DNA of 64,000 bases, taken from the IMG/VR virus record IMGVR_UViG_3300036770_006330, one strand, 5' to 3'. This DNA comes from a virus. This document shows, one piece after another, positions 9,056-17,640 of this stretch (within the stretch, counting starts at the first letter, position 1; each line of letters opens with the position of its first letter). Both the position numbers and the translations under genes were made by a program. The notes under the pieces were generated by a model. It did not search any database. It was not told the DNA's origin and worked only from the letters and a program-made list of their open reading frames with translations.

Positions 9056-9062
9056 GGAATGT

Positions 9063-9344
9063 ATGCGTACACCTACCTATTATCTTGTCCGTACCTATGT
9101 CCGTGTGATTTTCTGGACTGCTGTCGCCTTCGGGTTGATTTGGCTGGTCAGCACTTCTGTCGGTTCGTGGGATAAATACGAATGTGTAGAAACCAATGTG
9201 GTCGTTCAGCCCTACGACACAATGTGGGCTATCGCAGAGAAATACTGTGACGGCAACATTGAGGTCGCAGTAGCCGATTTGATTTCGGCGCACGGCTCTG
9301 CTACGGTTATCGTTGGGCAAACTATTGAGGTGCGTAATAAGTGA
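9063..9344 (+). CDS. membrane-anchored LysM-domain protein (leaderless)
   Basis: N-terminal TM then VVQPYDTMWAIAEKY...IVGQTIEV. Confidence 0.75.
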   Translation: MRTPTYYLVRTYVRVIFWTAVAFGLIWLVSTSVGSWDKYECVETNVVVQPYDTMWAIAEKYCDGNIEVAVADLISAHGSATVIVGQTIEVRNK

Positions 9345-9742
9345 CCGAACAAGATTTTGATAACAAGCGTTATGGAGTGGTAGAGAGTGTTCGCCCTTCT
9401 TCCGTAATAAAGTGCGACGGTTGCGCCAAAGATGTACCGTGCTTTTCGCAAACAAACCTGCCCGAACACGGCTTCGTGCTTACGCTTGCGTCAATGGACT
9501 ACTACGGTGGGTTCAGCGACTTTTTTGATGACGAGCCACCCAAGTTCCTGCTGTGCCACGACTGTTCGTTGGCACTCATAACTGCTCTGCCGTTGGTCGC
9601 AGAACGCTTACCCCGAGGACTACACCCGTGCGACTTAGATACGCCGTGCTGCGACTATGCGTGGAAATGGATTAGCGACGGACAATGGAAAGACAACAAC
9701 CTTCACTTTGCCAAAGACGGCAAATGGGTTCCTGCTTCGTAA
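9341..9742 (+). CDS. Cys-rich hypothetical protein
   Basis: CDGC, CHDC; GTGA-type overlap with the upstream gene. Confidence 0.65.
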   Translation: MTEQDFDNKRYGVVESVRPSSVIKCDGCAKDVPCFSQTNLPEHGFVLTLASMDYYGGFSDFFDDEPPKFLLCHDCSLALITALPLVAERLPRGLHPCDLDTPCCDYAWKWISDGQWKDNNLHFAKDGKWVPAS

Positions 9743-9797
9743 TGAACAGTATCGCTTTCTCTGTCGTGATTTTTTTGGTGCTGTTCGTTATCTTGCC

Positions 9798-9992
9798 TTA
9801 GTCAAAGAGGCTCATAGCCTGCTCTTTCGGCGGGCTTTCCACGCAGATGCCGTGTGCGTAGCGATACAACTTCTCTACTTGCTTGATACCACCTGTCTTG
9901 CCGACCTTCACCCAGCAAGTGACTTGATGCCAAGTTCCTTCGGCTGTCGGGTCGAGTGGATGTGCGCAGACGACGCAGTTGTAGAGGTTCAT
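9798..9992 (-). CDS. small zinc-finger-like protein (leaderless)
   Basis: CVVC...HGIC; TACTAT -10 6 nt upstream of ATG. Confidence 0.65.
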   Translation of the reverse strand: MNLYNCVVCAHPLDPTAEGTWHQVTCWVKVGKTGGIKQVEKLYRYAHGICVESPPKEQAMSLFD

Positions 9993-10041
9993 ACCCAGAT
10001 AGTATCAGCGGGGCTCCCGCCCCCGCAAGGGGACTTCTTCT

Positions 10042-10056
10042 AACGGTGGCGGATGA
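10042..10056 (+). repeat. polar 15-mer copy 7
   Basis: AACGGTGGCGGATGA. Confidence 0.9.
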
Positions 10057-10070
10057 GTTGGTCGGGGAAT

Positions 10071-10111
10071 AGAAAACGGGCAGGCGCACCATCTCGGCAC
10101 GCCTGCCCGTT
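10071..10111 (-). terminator. intrinsic terminator
   Basis: AACGGGCAGGCG...CGCCTGCCCGTT. Confidence 0.7.
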
Positions 10112-10148
10112 AGGGGGTTTGGGGTGTTGTTGGCGAGATAACTCGCTA

Positions 10149-10574
10149 TTAGTAGACGGTCTCCAAGTCGTCTGCGTTGGCATAGCGCACGGTGTATCCA
10201 CGCCCCATAGGTACGTCGTGGTGTGCGAGGTTCAGGTGAAGCGTGTCTCCGCTAAGCGAATAGCGCAAGCGCCACTCGGCATTGACAGTGACTGCGTGTA
10301 TGAAGTCACGAACTTTATCCGCAACGAAGGTTCCGCCAACTGAGCGGTTCCACAATGGCAGTCCGTCTATCGCCCACACACGCTTACCGTGCGTTGCGAG
10401 TGAAGGGTTGTTATCCCACCACGCTTTGACTGCGTAGTAGAAGTTGTCTACTTGTTCATCCCAACAACTGCCATCGCAGTAGTCAAGTGGTGTGGTTGTG
10501 TCGGTGTCTGGGTCGTAGTTAGCGCACGAACAAACATTCGTGAACTCACCATCCCATTCTGGTTTGTTTGTCAT
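10149..10574 (-). CDS. hypothetical protein (leaderless)
   Basis: MTNKPEWDGEF...HHDVPMG. Confidence 0.75.
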   Translation of the reverse strand: MTNKPEWDGEFTNVCSCANYDPDTDTTTPLDYCDGSCWDEQVDNFYYAVKAWWDNNPSLATHGKRVWAIDGLPLWNRSVGGTFVADKVRDFIHAVTVNAEWRLRYSLSGDTLHLNLAHHDVPMGRGYTVRYANADDLETVY

Positions 10575-10580
10575 ACCACT

Positions 10581-10609
10581 ATTCTGTCGCACTTTTGCCC
10601 CAATGTCAA
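10581..10609 (-). promoter_or_regulatory. SigA-type promoter
   Basis: TTGACA-N17-CAGAAT. Confidence 0.65.
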
Positions 10610-10771
10610 GTGTTTGGTCGCAGGTCACTTGACTTCGTGCCGGCGAGAGGCTCAGTACCGGCGAGCAAGCCGGATGTCTGGTCGAACCGGCGACAGCAAC
10701 CCGACGACGCCGGCTCAACAGGATGCCGCCCTAGGCGGGGCTTCAGACCCGACGGCAACCTGTCTTGTTTT

Positions 10772-10786
10772 GACGGTGGCGTATGA
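10772..10786 (+). repeat. polar 15-mer copy 8
   Basis: GACGGTGGCGTATGA. Confidence 0.9.
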
Positions 10787-10799
10787 GCGTAGATAGCAC

Positions 10800-10834
10800 A
10801 ACGGGCGAGCGCACCCGAAGGTACGCCCGCCCGT
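10800..10834 (-). terminator. terminator-like hairpin
   Basis: ACGGGCG.GCGCACC-CGAA-GGTACGC.CGCCCGT. Confidence 0.65.
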
Positions 10835-10863
10835 AGTCGGGGGGATTTGGGGTTGTTAGGCGA

Positions 10864-11232
10864 CTACTCCCACGATGAGAGGTCTAACACCATTTCGGCT
10901 AGTTGGTCGCAATAGACCATAGGCGTGCGAGCCTCAACGATTTCGGTATTTGCGTCTTTGCCACGCTTTACGAAACGGATACGGCTAACCGTGTAGGTGT
11001 CTGAGAAGTCAAGCACCACCTCAATACGACGGTCGTGCGTAATCGGCAACAGTACGCCGACATTCTCACCTTGTTCATCTTTTAGATAGGCGACACGCCC
11101 GCCCGACACGCCGAGCATCGTCATCATTCCTATTTGGTGTTTGATTTCGTTCACGTCGCAAGGGCGACCTTCACGGATAAGAGAGAGAACAGTCGCCCCT
11201 TGACGACCGCCCCATTTGAGTGTTGTTGTCAT
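10864..11232 (-). CDS. hypothetical protein (leaderless)
   Basis: 122 aa; promoter TTGACA-N17-TACGCT at 11239-11267. Confidence 0.75.
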   Translation of the reverse strand: MTTTLKWGGRQGATVLSLIREGRPCDVNEIKHQIGMMTMLGVSGGRVAYLKDEQGENVGVLLPITHDRRIEVVLDFSDTYTVSRIRFVKRGKDANTEIVEARTPMVYCDQLAEMVLDLSSWE

Positions 11233-11277
11233 AGGTTCAGCGTACCACTTGTACCTCAGACTGTCAAGTGTTGTCGC

Positions 11278-11481
11278 TTAGGCGAAGCGTGGTTCTCCGT
11301 GAGGCGGGCAGTCCGAATAGGGGTTCTCGTTCCCCTCGTTATCTTCACAACCGCACCAACCGAATAGTTCTACCTGAGTTTCGTGCGTCAGTTCTAGTAG
11401 GTCATCATACGAAGGCGACCCACCCAACTCGCTTATGACGATTTTCCAGAAGTCCACGAATAGTTGTTCGCTGTTTGTCAT
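11278..11481 (-). CDS. small acidic Cys-containing protein (leaderless)
   Basis: promoter TTGACA-N17-TAGTAT at 11488-11516. Confidence 0.7.
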   Translation of the reverse strand: MTNSEQLFVDFWKIVISELGGSPSYDDLLELTHETQVELFGWCGCEDNEGNENPYSDCPPHGEPRFA

Positions 11482-11597
11482 ACCTTCATACTAGGCATAA
11501 GTGTCTCAGTTGTCAAGTTTTGGTTGTCCCCTGTTCCCCGCCGTCGTTGGGACAGCAACCCCAACGGGGCTGCCGAACGGCGGGCACTTCTTCTTCT

Positions 11598-11612
11598 AAC
11601 GGTGGCGGATGA
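11598..11612 (+). repeat. polar 15-mer copy 9
   Basis: AACGGTGGCGGATGA. Confidence 0.9.
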
Positions 11613-11623
11613 CTTCACGGGAG

Positions 11624-11666
11624 AAAAGAAAAGGGCGGGCGCACCGAGTTGGTACGCCCGCCCTTT
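11624..11666 (-). terminator. intrinsic terminator
   Basis: AAGGGCGGGCGCACC...GGTACGCCCGCCCTT with A-runs on +. Confidence 0.75.
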
Positions 11667-11689
11667 GGCGGATTACTGAGAGTTAGCGC

Positions 11690-11977
11690 TCAGTTGCGCC
11701 GCGCCTCAAAGGCGAATAGCCCTGCGAAGGGGTTTGGGTATCCGATTACATCATTTGCCCAGCGCTCAGCGTCGCTGTTTTGGGTTTCGCAGTCACGGAA
11801 GCGCTTTGCCGACGATAGGTAGGTAGCCCCATCACGGTCTTTGCGTATCGCAATAGCGAGTGCTTTGGTGATTTGGTCGTAATGAACGGTAATCGTGACT
11901 GTCGTATCGGGTGTACCCCACCCGTCTGCGACAACCCCAGTCACCGTGTATGTCGGTTTCTTTTTGGTGTTTGTCAT
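11690..11977 (-). CDS. hypothetical protein (leaderless)
   Basis: promoter TTGACT-N17-TAACCT at 11984-12012. Confidence 0.7.
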   Translation of the reverse strand: MTNTKKKPTYTVTGVVADGWGTPDTTVTITVHYDQITKALAIAIRKDRDGATYLSSAKRFRDCETQNSDAERWANDVIGYPNPFAGLFAFEARRN

Positions 11978-12336
11978 AGCCTAAGGTTAGCCCACTACTG
12001 CCCCTAAGTCAAGTTTATTGGGTGTGACTTGCGCCGAGGCGTTGGCTTGGTAGGCGACCCTGACGACGGCAAGCCCAGACGACGACATCAGTCCCATCCG
12101 ACAGGTCGGGAGCCCCGCCGGATGGCGGCGGCAACCCCAAAACGCGTTTCTCCTCAGCCGCAGCGCCCGTGTTGTTAGCGTTTTCGCTAACACTTATTTA
12201 GTGCTAAGTCAGCAAACCCTTATTTCACGCCACTCGACTTTTACCGCTTATCGAAGTTCTCGTTCGAGCTGGCGCCGTCGTCGAGCATCTTCTGGTGTCC
12301 CAGCGGGGCTTCGGATGTCCGAACACCTGTTCTTTT

Positions 12337-12351
12337 GACGGTGGTGGATGA
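12337..12351 (+). repeat. polar 15-mer copy 10
   Basis: GACGGTGGTGGATGA. Confidence 0.9.
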
Positions 12352-12360
12352 GAAGGGGGT

Positions 12361-12404
12361 AGAAAGCAGAAAGCCCGCCACCCGATTACTCGGATGACGG
12401 GCTT
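12361..12404 (-). terminator. intrinsic terminator
   Basis: AAGCCCG.CA.CCG...CGG.TG.CGGGCTT. Confidence 0.65.
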
Positions 12405-12418
12405 CTGGATGGGCGTGA

Positions 12419-12850
12419 TTAGAGGCTGACTGTTTCCCGCAGGTACTTGTGCTTCTTGACTAACTTCCAAGTTGTCTTGTCCCCAACTACCTGAGCCTCA
12501 TAGACGCAGAGTTTGTCGTCGGCTAGCAGGTAGAGGAACTGCGCCCAACCGAAGTTCTTGCTCTTGTCGGTAAAGAGGTGCGGTTTATCTTCCTTGTAGG
12601 CGATACCGTACCCATCCACGAGCGAGAAATCGTCGGCATTACCGTGCCACATCTCAGCGAGTTTGGTCTTGCTTGCGTAGATAGATGACCACGCATTTTT
12701 CATCAGGTTCTTGCGAGCCTGTTCCAGACCATCACGCCGTACGAGAAGCAGTAGGTCAGGTACTTTTGCGTCTGGGTATCCATCCCAATGGCAATAGCGA
12801 CCTCGCCAACCGCCCTTGTGAGGCACAGCGATAATGCTACGAGTTGCCAT
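12419..12850 (-). CDS. phage hypothetical protein (YCHWDGYP family)
   Basis: MATRSII...YCHWDGYP motif. Confidence 0.8.
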   Translation of the reverse strand: MATRSIIAVPHKGGWRGRYCHWDGYPDAKVPDLLLLVRRDGLEQARKNLMKNAWSSIYASKTKLAEMWHGNADDFSLVDGYGIAYKEDKPHLFTDKSKNFGWAQFLYLLADDKLCVYEAQVVGDKTTWKLVKKHKYLRETVSL

Positions 12851-13037
12851 TTAGCACCTCGTCTAGCAACTGATAGGTGTCTATGCCCTCAATGAGAGAC
12901 AGGTTAGACCCGCTATCCCATTTCACATTGAGAACACGGTCACCGAAAGCGTCGGTAAATGAACCGACCACCTCGCCCTCATCACCCGCCGTTAGACGGG
13001 TGTAAGGGTCGTAGGTGTGGACTAAGCGGATACGCAC
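12837..13037 (-). CDS. DUF4314-like protein
   Basis: RIRLVHT.DP...G..G.V...D..G....V.WD.GS.LSLI...D pattern. Confidence 0.75.
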   Translation of the reverse strand: MRIRLVHTYDPYTRLTAGDEGEVVGSFTDAFGDRVLNVKWDSGSNLSLIEGIDTYQLLDEVLNGNS

Positions 13038-13039
13038 GG

Positions 13040-13294
13040 CTATTCCCCGCCCTCATTATCCAAGATGAGGTTTGCGAAGAAACACTTGGAAGCGGTGTGT
13101 CCAATGGTGAGGGACATACCGCACACTCCGAGTGTGTCCAGCAAGTTCATAGCCGTCAGTTCGTCAAGGCTTTCCAACTCACGGAGTTTTTCCGTCAGTC
13201 GTTCAGCCATACGCATTTGGATGACCAGCGTTTCTTCTTCATCCTTATTGGCGAAGAAGTCCACCACATCCTGTGGGAACTGTGTGGTGTTCAC
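13040..13294 (-). CDS. hypothetical protein
   Basis: operon-coupled ORF. Confidence 0.65.
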   Translation of the reverse strand: MNTTQFPQDVVDFFANKDEEETLVIQMRMAERLTEKLRELESLDELTAMNLLDTLGVCGMSLTIGHTASKCFFANLILDNEGGE

Positions 13295-13524
13295 TTGATA
13301 CCGTCAAACAGACGGACAGGCTTGACCGACAGCGCAACGCACAGGCGAAGCAGGGTGTCCAGATTTGGCGAGAAGTGGTTGTTCTCAATGCGGTTCACCG
13401 TCTTGCGGTCAATGCCAGCAAGTTCGGCAAGTGCTTGTTGAGAGAGTTCTGCGTCAATGCGGAACTGACGCAAGCGGTCTGCGACCACTTTCTCCTTCTT
13501 GCTCTTGGTTGGTTTGGTTTTCAT
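13291..13524 (-). CDS. XRE/Cro-family helix-turn-helix regulator
   Basis: RLRQFR...LSQQALAELAGIDRKTVNRIEN...P.LDTLLRLC.AL. Confidence 0.9.
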   Translation of the reverse strand: MKTKPTKSKKEKVVADRLRQFRIDAELSQQALAELAGIDRKTVNRIENNHFSPNLDTLLRLCVALSVKPVRLFDGIK

Positions 13525-13560
13525 TGGTTGTTTTCTCCTTGTTTGGTTTGGGTATTACAT

Positions 13561-14136
13561 CTAACAGATTTGGAAACCGCCACAGGCTTTCAGGAAGTTG
13601 GCGAACTCACGGATGTTGGCAAGATTTATGGAGTAGTTGGCTTCATTGGGTTCTGTTTCACCCTTGCCATTACATCCATTACAAGTCTGAGAGATTTCGG
13701 TCTCGTCTTTCTTGATGGGCAACTTCTTGTATTTCGGAAGTTTCTGCCCGTCACCCACGATGTCTGCCATTATGTCGTAGTCGTATGGGTTGCGAGTTTC
13801 GCCCGTCTTGGTGTTTTTGTACCAAAGGCGCATACCTGTCGCCATACAATGCGAACACTTGCGCTTTGGCAGAGACTTGATGTAGTCGTTGCGCTCTTTG
13901 ATGTATTGCTTTGCCGTGCCGTCTTTGAGCGAAGCGAGCAGACGCTTCCCCAACTCCTCGCTATCCCAGCCATCCAAGCCGTCGCCGTCGTTTGAGTGGG
14001 CGTTCTTTACCTTGTCGCAGATTTCAGGTGCGACAGCCGAGCAGTAGTCCCACAAGGGATGCCACCACCAAATGTTGTTGCGGAAGTATTCGCCACGCTC
14101 GCTCGTCGGGTTTTGCCCGTACACATCCATTCCCAT
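13561..14136 (-). CDS. phage hypothetical protein with CxxCxGxG zinc finger
   Basis: YFRNNIWWWHPLW; CSHC / CNGCNGKG; promoter TTGACG-N17-TAACTT at 14169-14197. Confidence 0.8.
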   Translation of the reverse strand: MGMDVYGQNPTSERGEYFRNNIWWWHPLWDYCSAVAPEICDKVKNAHSNDGDGLDGWDSEELGKRLLASLKDGTAKQYIKERNDYIKSLPKRKCSHCMATGMRLWYKNTKTGETRNPYDYDIMADIVGDGQKLPKYKKLPIKKDETEISQTCNGCNGKGETEPNEANYSINLANIREFANFLKACGGFQIC

Positions 14137-14328
14137 AGTTATTCACTCCTCGTTAGTAGGTGTACCACAAGTTATCCGCTATTTACGCTTTCGTCAAGTC
14201 TTTCTGGGTGGCTTCTGGCACAGCCCACTTTGGGTATCGCCAGCGTTCGCCGTCGTTCACGCCGGTTCGCCGGTTTGCGCCACCAGCCGTATCAGCCGGG
14301 GCTTCGGGGTTGGCGCACATCTTCTTAC

Positions 14329-14343
14329 GACGGTGGCGTATGA
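14329..14343 (+). repeat. polar 15-mer copy 11
   Basis: GACGGTGGCGTATGA. Confidence 0.9.
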
Positions 14344-14384
14344 GATGGGGTACGACCCAACACACATCAGTTTCCAGACAGCAC

Positions 14385-14421
14385 AAAGGGGCTGGCATAC
14401 CCGAAGGTACACCAGCCCCTT
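14385..14421 (-). terminator. intrinsic terminator
   Basis: AAGGGGCTGG..TACC-CGAA-GGTA..CCAGCCCCTT. Confidence 0.7.
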
Positions 14422-14441
14422 GTGGGTGGGTTTTTGGGGGG

Positions 14442-14933
14442 TTAGTTGCCCTTGGCGAGCATTGAGCGAAGCGTCTGACGGAGAGCGTCGGCAAGAGTTC
14501 CCTTTGCCTGCCCGAAGTCAAGTACGGGTTCGTCATCACCTTGGAAACGAACTGACGAAACCATTTGGTTCGTCTTGGTTGCGAGCGTGGTTAGACGGAC
14601 ACGCTTGCGCTGTGGGTGCTGTGACGGTTGGCAGTTGTTTCCGTCATTGGGGCTAGCCCAACCGACTGTCTCGCAGACAAGAGCCACTTCGTTTTCAGCC
14701 AGCGTGTGAGTACGGGCAACATTTGCCAGACCTACATACACATCTGGGTATGCGTCTAGGTGACGAACGAAACCGTCTGCCGACAGAGCGAACATCTGAG
14801 CAGACATACGCTCAAACTCGTCTAGTTTCTTGACGGTTGCCAACTCTTGTAGTGCCTTCTCTGCCGAAGTCACCAAGCGTTCTAGGTCTTGGTGGTTCAG
14901 GCGTTTCTTTTCTGTTATTGGTTTCTTAGCCAC
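14442..14933 (-). CDS. hypothetical protein
   Basis: GTG start with GAAGGGA SD; promoter TTGACT-N17-TACCTT at 14964-14992. Confidence 0.75.
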   Translation of the reverse strand: MAKKPITEKKRLNHQDLERLVTSAEKALQELATVKKLDEFERMSAQMFALSADGFVRHLDAYPDVYVGLANVARTHTLAENEVALVCETVGWASPNDGNNCQPSQHPQRKRVRLTTLATKTNQMVSSVRFQGDDEPVLDFGQAKGTLADALRQTLRSMLAKGN

Positions 14934-15155
14934 TATTGCTTCCCTTCTGTGAGTGGTACTTACAAGGTACAGGTAGTAGCCACGCAAGTCAAGTTTCTTC
15001 GTGTGACTTGCGACAACGAGCGTTTAGGCAGACCTAACAAGCAGACCCAACGAATAGCACCTGCGCCAAACCTGCCCCACGCCGTCTGGGACACGACGAC
15101 GGCGACATCACGGGTCGCACCACCGGGGCTTCGGGGCGACCCGTGTTCTTCTTGT

Positions 15156-15170
15156 GACGGTGGCGTATGA
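15156..15170 (+). repeat. polar 15-mer copy 12
   Basis: GACGGTGGCGTATGA. Confidence 0.9.
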
Positions 15171-15187
15171 CCCGTTCGTGGGTACGA

Positions 15188-15222
15188 GAAAGGGGCGCAC
15201 CCCCTTTCGGGAGTACGCCCCT
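15188..15222 (-). terminator. intrinsic terminator
   Basis: AGGGGCG.AC.CCC-TTTC-GGG.GT.CGCCCCT. Confidence 0.65.
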
Positions 15223-15241
15223 GTTGGCTGGTTGCTATCGG

Positions 15242-15601
15242 TTATTCGCCGTTGAGCAAGCCAGAAATGTCGTCGGGTACGCCTTCTTTGGCGACCAAGA
15301 GAGCGTTCGCCGTGACGCTGTATTTGCGAACCATCTTGCTGATGTATTCCTGCTTCGCTTTATCGTCGCCGTGAAGCATTATCGCTCGGGCTTCGTCTAG
15401 TAGTTGCTCTTGGGTGACTTCGCCCTTGTCCACCATTTGCTCTAAGGCTGTGATGAGTTCTCGGGCGATTACTGCGCTGTAAGTGCGAGCCATAAAGTCA
15501 CGCACACGCTCGGGCATTTCCCCGTCGCCCTGTGTTGCTTCCCACACTTCTAGAAATGTAGGTATCGGGTTGTTCTTGTTCGTTTTGGGTGTCCACTCCA
15601 T
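15242..15601 (-). CDS. hypothetical protein
   Basis: AGGAG SD. Confidence 0.75.
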   Translation of the reverse strand: MEWTPKTNKNNPIPTFLEVWEATQGDGEMPERVRDFMARTYSAVIARELITALEQMVDKGEVTQEQLLDEARAIMLHGDDKAKQEYISKMVRKYSVTANALLVAKEGVPDDISGLLNGE

Positions 15602-15612
15602 TGTTGTTCTCC

Positions 15613-16260
15613 TTAGTTGTGCTTGGACATCTCAACCATTTGGCAGTATTTCACGAAAGCGTGAAACACATCTGGCACACGACCTTGCTGTGGCTCGGTT
15701 GCGTCGTAGTGAAACACATCTGCGTCATCTTCATACACAGGTAGTCCGTTGTCGCCGTACTTGTAGAACTGCGACATAGTTGCGCTTTCGCCTGTCCACG
15801 CAAAGGCTGTGGCGATAAGACCTTCTTCCACATTTGAGAGTGGATTTTCGTGGAAGTCTTTTTCTAGCGCACCACGCTCGTAGTCGCCGTCTTGGGTAAG
15901 TTTGGCGAGTTCCTTCTTTCCTTCTTCGTTGTTGCTCAGACGACGAGCGAAACCTTCCACAACGAACATCAGGAAGCGAAACTTGGTAAGACCACTCTCA
16001 CCCAAGTCGTTGAGCATTTTTGGCAAGGCATCTACGGGGTGGTCGCCATTGGAGAGACACATCTCTATTACCTGCCCACCAAGACCTTCGTTGCCTTCGT
16101 CGTCTTTGATTTCCAGCCCAACGACAACCATTGGGTTCAGGTCTGTGTGTCCTTTGTTTTCTTCACACGCTGACGACTTCATACCCTTCGTCAGTTCCAT
16201 TGTGGAACGGAGTGCGTGTTCCAAGAGTTCCTTCTCGGACATACCTTCTAGGTCTGGCAT
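15613..16260 (-). CDS. hypothetical protein
   Basis: 215 aa; AAGGAG SD; promoter TTGACG-N18-TACACT at 16292-16321. Confidence 0.8.
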   Translation of the reverse strand: MPDLEGMSEKELLEHALRSTMELTKGMKSSACEENKGHTDLNPMVVVGLEIKDDEGNEGLGGQVIEMCLSNGDHPVDALPKMLNDLGESGLTKFRFLMFVVEGFARRLSNNEEGKKELAKLTQDGDYERGALEKDFHENPLSNVEEGLIATAFAWTGESATMSQFYKYGDNGLPVYEDDADVFHYDATEPQQGRVPDVFHAFVKYCQMVEMSKHN

Positions 16261-16324
16261 TAGTGATACTCCTTGCTTGTAGGTACTACTGAGTGTAGGG
16301 GGTACAGGGTACAGTCGTCAAGGG

Positions 16325-16594
16325 CTATTCGTCACCCAAGAGATTTCGCAAGTCGGTGTCTAGGTTCTGGGCTTCGTCTTTGGCTACTTGTTCTTCCCAC
16401 TCGGCTATGCCCTTGTCGGTGTGCTTATTCAGCATTTCAGCCACTTCCAGCAGGCTTGCTATGTCCTGTTCCTTGTATTCATAGTCACGGCGCATAAGCG
16501 TCACCAGACGGTCTGAAATGGCTTTGTGGACTTCACACATCTGCTGAAAGGTGAGAGTGATAGTTCCTGTGTAGTTGCTCGGTTCGTGTTCCAT
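16325..16594 (-). CDS. hypothetical protein
   Basis: MEHEPSNY... acidic helical protein. Confidence 0.65.
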   Translation of the reverse strand: MEHEPSNYTGTITLTFQQMCEVHKAISDRLVTLMRRDYEYKEQDIASLLEVAEMLNKHTDKGIAEWEEQVAKDEAQNLDTDLRNLLGDE

Positions 16595-16732
16595 ACCCGT
16601 ACTACGCACGATTTCCAGAAAGTGTGATGCCCGTAGCAAGAAGTTTCCGACGGCACAGCGAACTGCGCCAGCCACCAGAAGGTCGGTAGCCCCGTGCGCC
16701 ATCTTCGCCAGCCGGGGCTTCGGTCTTGTTGC

Positions 16733-16747
16733 GACGGTGGCGTATGA
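16733..16747 (+). repeat. polar 15-mer copy 13
   Basis: GACGGTGGCGTATGA. Confidence 0.9.
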
Positions 16748-16791
16748 CCCGACGAGAGCGACGGGGGCAGTCGGCTGGCATAATGGTTGCT

Positions 16792-16947
16792 ATGGGAGAG
16801 CGAAAGATACGAGCCAAGTGGCTAGACGGAGAGCGTCAGGCGTTCGCAGACGGCTTGCGCTACCGTGCCGTGCGCTTCCAAGACCGTAGGAAGCAGACAG
16901 CCAAATACCTGTGCCGTCGCCAACCACGCTTCCCCGAAGGCGAGTGA
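16792..16947 (+). CDS. small basic hypothetical protein (probably leaderless)
   Basis: CATAAT 7 nt before ATG. Confidence 0.5.
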   Translation: MGERKIRAKWLDGERQAFADGLRYRAVRFQDRRKQTAKYLCRRQPRFPEGE

Positions 16948-16997
16948 CGCAGTTCACACGACAAAGACTTGACGAAGGCTATTGTCGCCTGTACGGT
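16943..16997 (+). promoter_or_regulatory. CRP-like box plus SigA-type promoter
   Basis: AGTGA-N6-TCACA (16943-16958), 10 nt, then TTGACG-N17-TACGGT. Confidence 0.7.
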
Positions 16998-17035
16998 ACA
17001 GAGTGCCATACACACCTACTAGGAAGGACTAGATA

Positions 17036-17446
17036 ATGGCACTATCACCAGAACAAACAGCCCGTCTGTTTCTGAACGCTCGTCAGGCGTTTATGGAAGC
17101 AGAGAAGGCAAAGAAGGAAGCCGAAACGGAACTCCGTAAGGCTCTCGCAACTCTCGGCGTGAACGAAATCGTCGTTGAGGGTCACTCTGTCCAAATCGTT
17201 GATGTGGTGAACACCACCTACGACGCAGACAAGTTGGCGCAAGTCGTCAAGCCAGCCGTGTTCCGTAAGGTCACGAAGTCCGTCGTGGACAAGGACTTGA
17301 TGAAGTCGGCACTCGCCGTCGGTCTTATTGACCAACTCACGGCTGATGAAGTGTCCACCGTGAAACCCACGACGCAGGTGCGTGTGTACGCACTCTCGCC
17401 AGAGGCAAAGAAGTCGCAACAGAACGAAGTCGCAAAGTCGGCGTAG
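17036..17446 (+). CDS. hypothetical coiled-coil protein
   Basis: AGGA SD; 136 aa. Confidence 0.8.
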   Translation: MALSPEQTARLFLNARQAFMEAEKAKKEAETELRKALATLGVNEIVVEGHSVQIVDVVNTTYDADKLAQVVKPAVFRKVTKSVVDKDLMKSALAVGLIDQLTADEVSTVKPTTQVRVYALSPEAKKSQQNEVAKSA

Positions 17447-17567
17447 TTCGGGGGCGAAGGACTGTTCGCTCGTTCACAAGTAGTGACCTAACTGTTTGCG
17501 AGCGAGTGAACGGTCAGGGTGGGGTCTGTCTCGTAGAGAAGGGGCAGACACCCACCCACCGAAATAC

Positions 17568-17596
17568 TTGCGTTGTGATAACGCAGTCGCTACTAT
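17568..17596 (+). promoter_or_regulatory. SigA-type promoter
   Basis: TTGCGT-N17-TACTAT. Confidence 0.65.
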
Positions 17597-17640
17597 CAGT
17601 AATACCTACTAACTACTACCTACGAAAGAAGGAAGCAACA

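Noticed and set aside
4886-16947. ORFs containing LLLTVA(D/Y), SSFDGGG* or RRWR as a repeated peptide family (e.g. 4886, 5605, 7114, 8742, 10452, 10568, 11464, 13996, 14889)
   Set aside because: They are translations of the DNA motif in three different frames, lack start signals, overlap better-supported genes, and the core bases ACGGTGG are invariant, which indicates a nucleic-acid constraint
4520-16950. Classical integron
   Set aside because: No IntI or tyrosine recombinase in the window, no GTTRRRY/RYYYAAC attC boxes recognised, and units carry their own promoters and terminators
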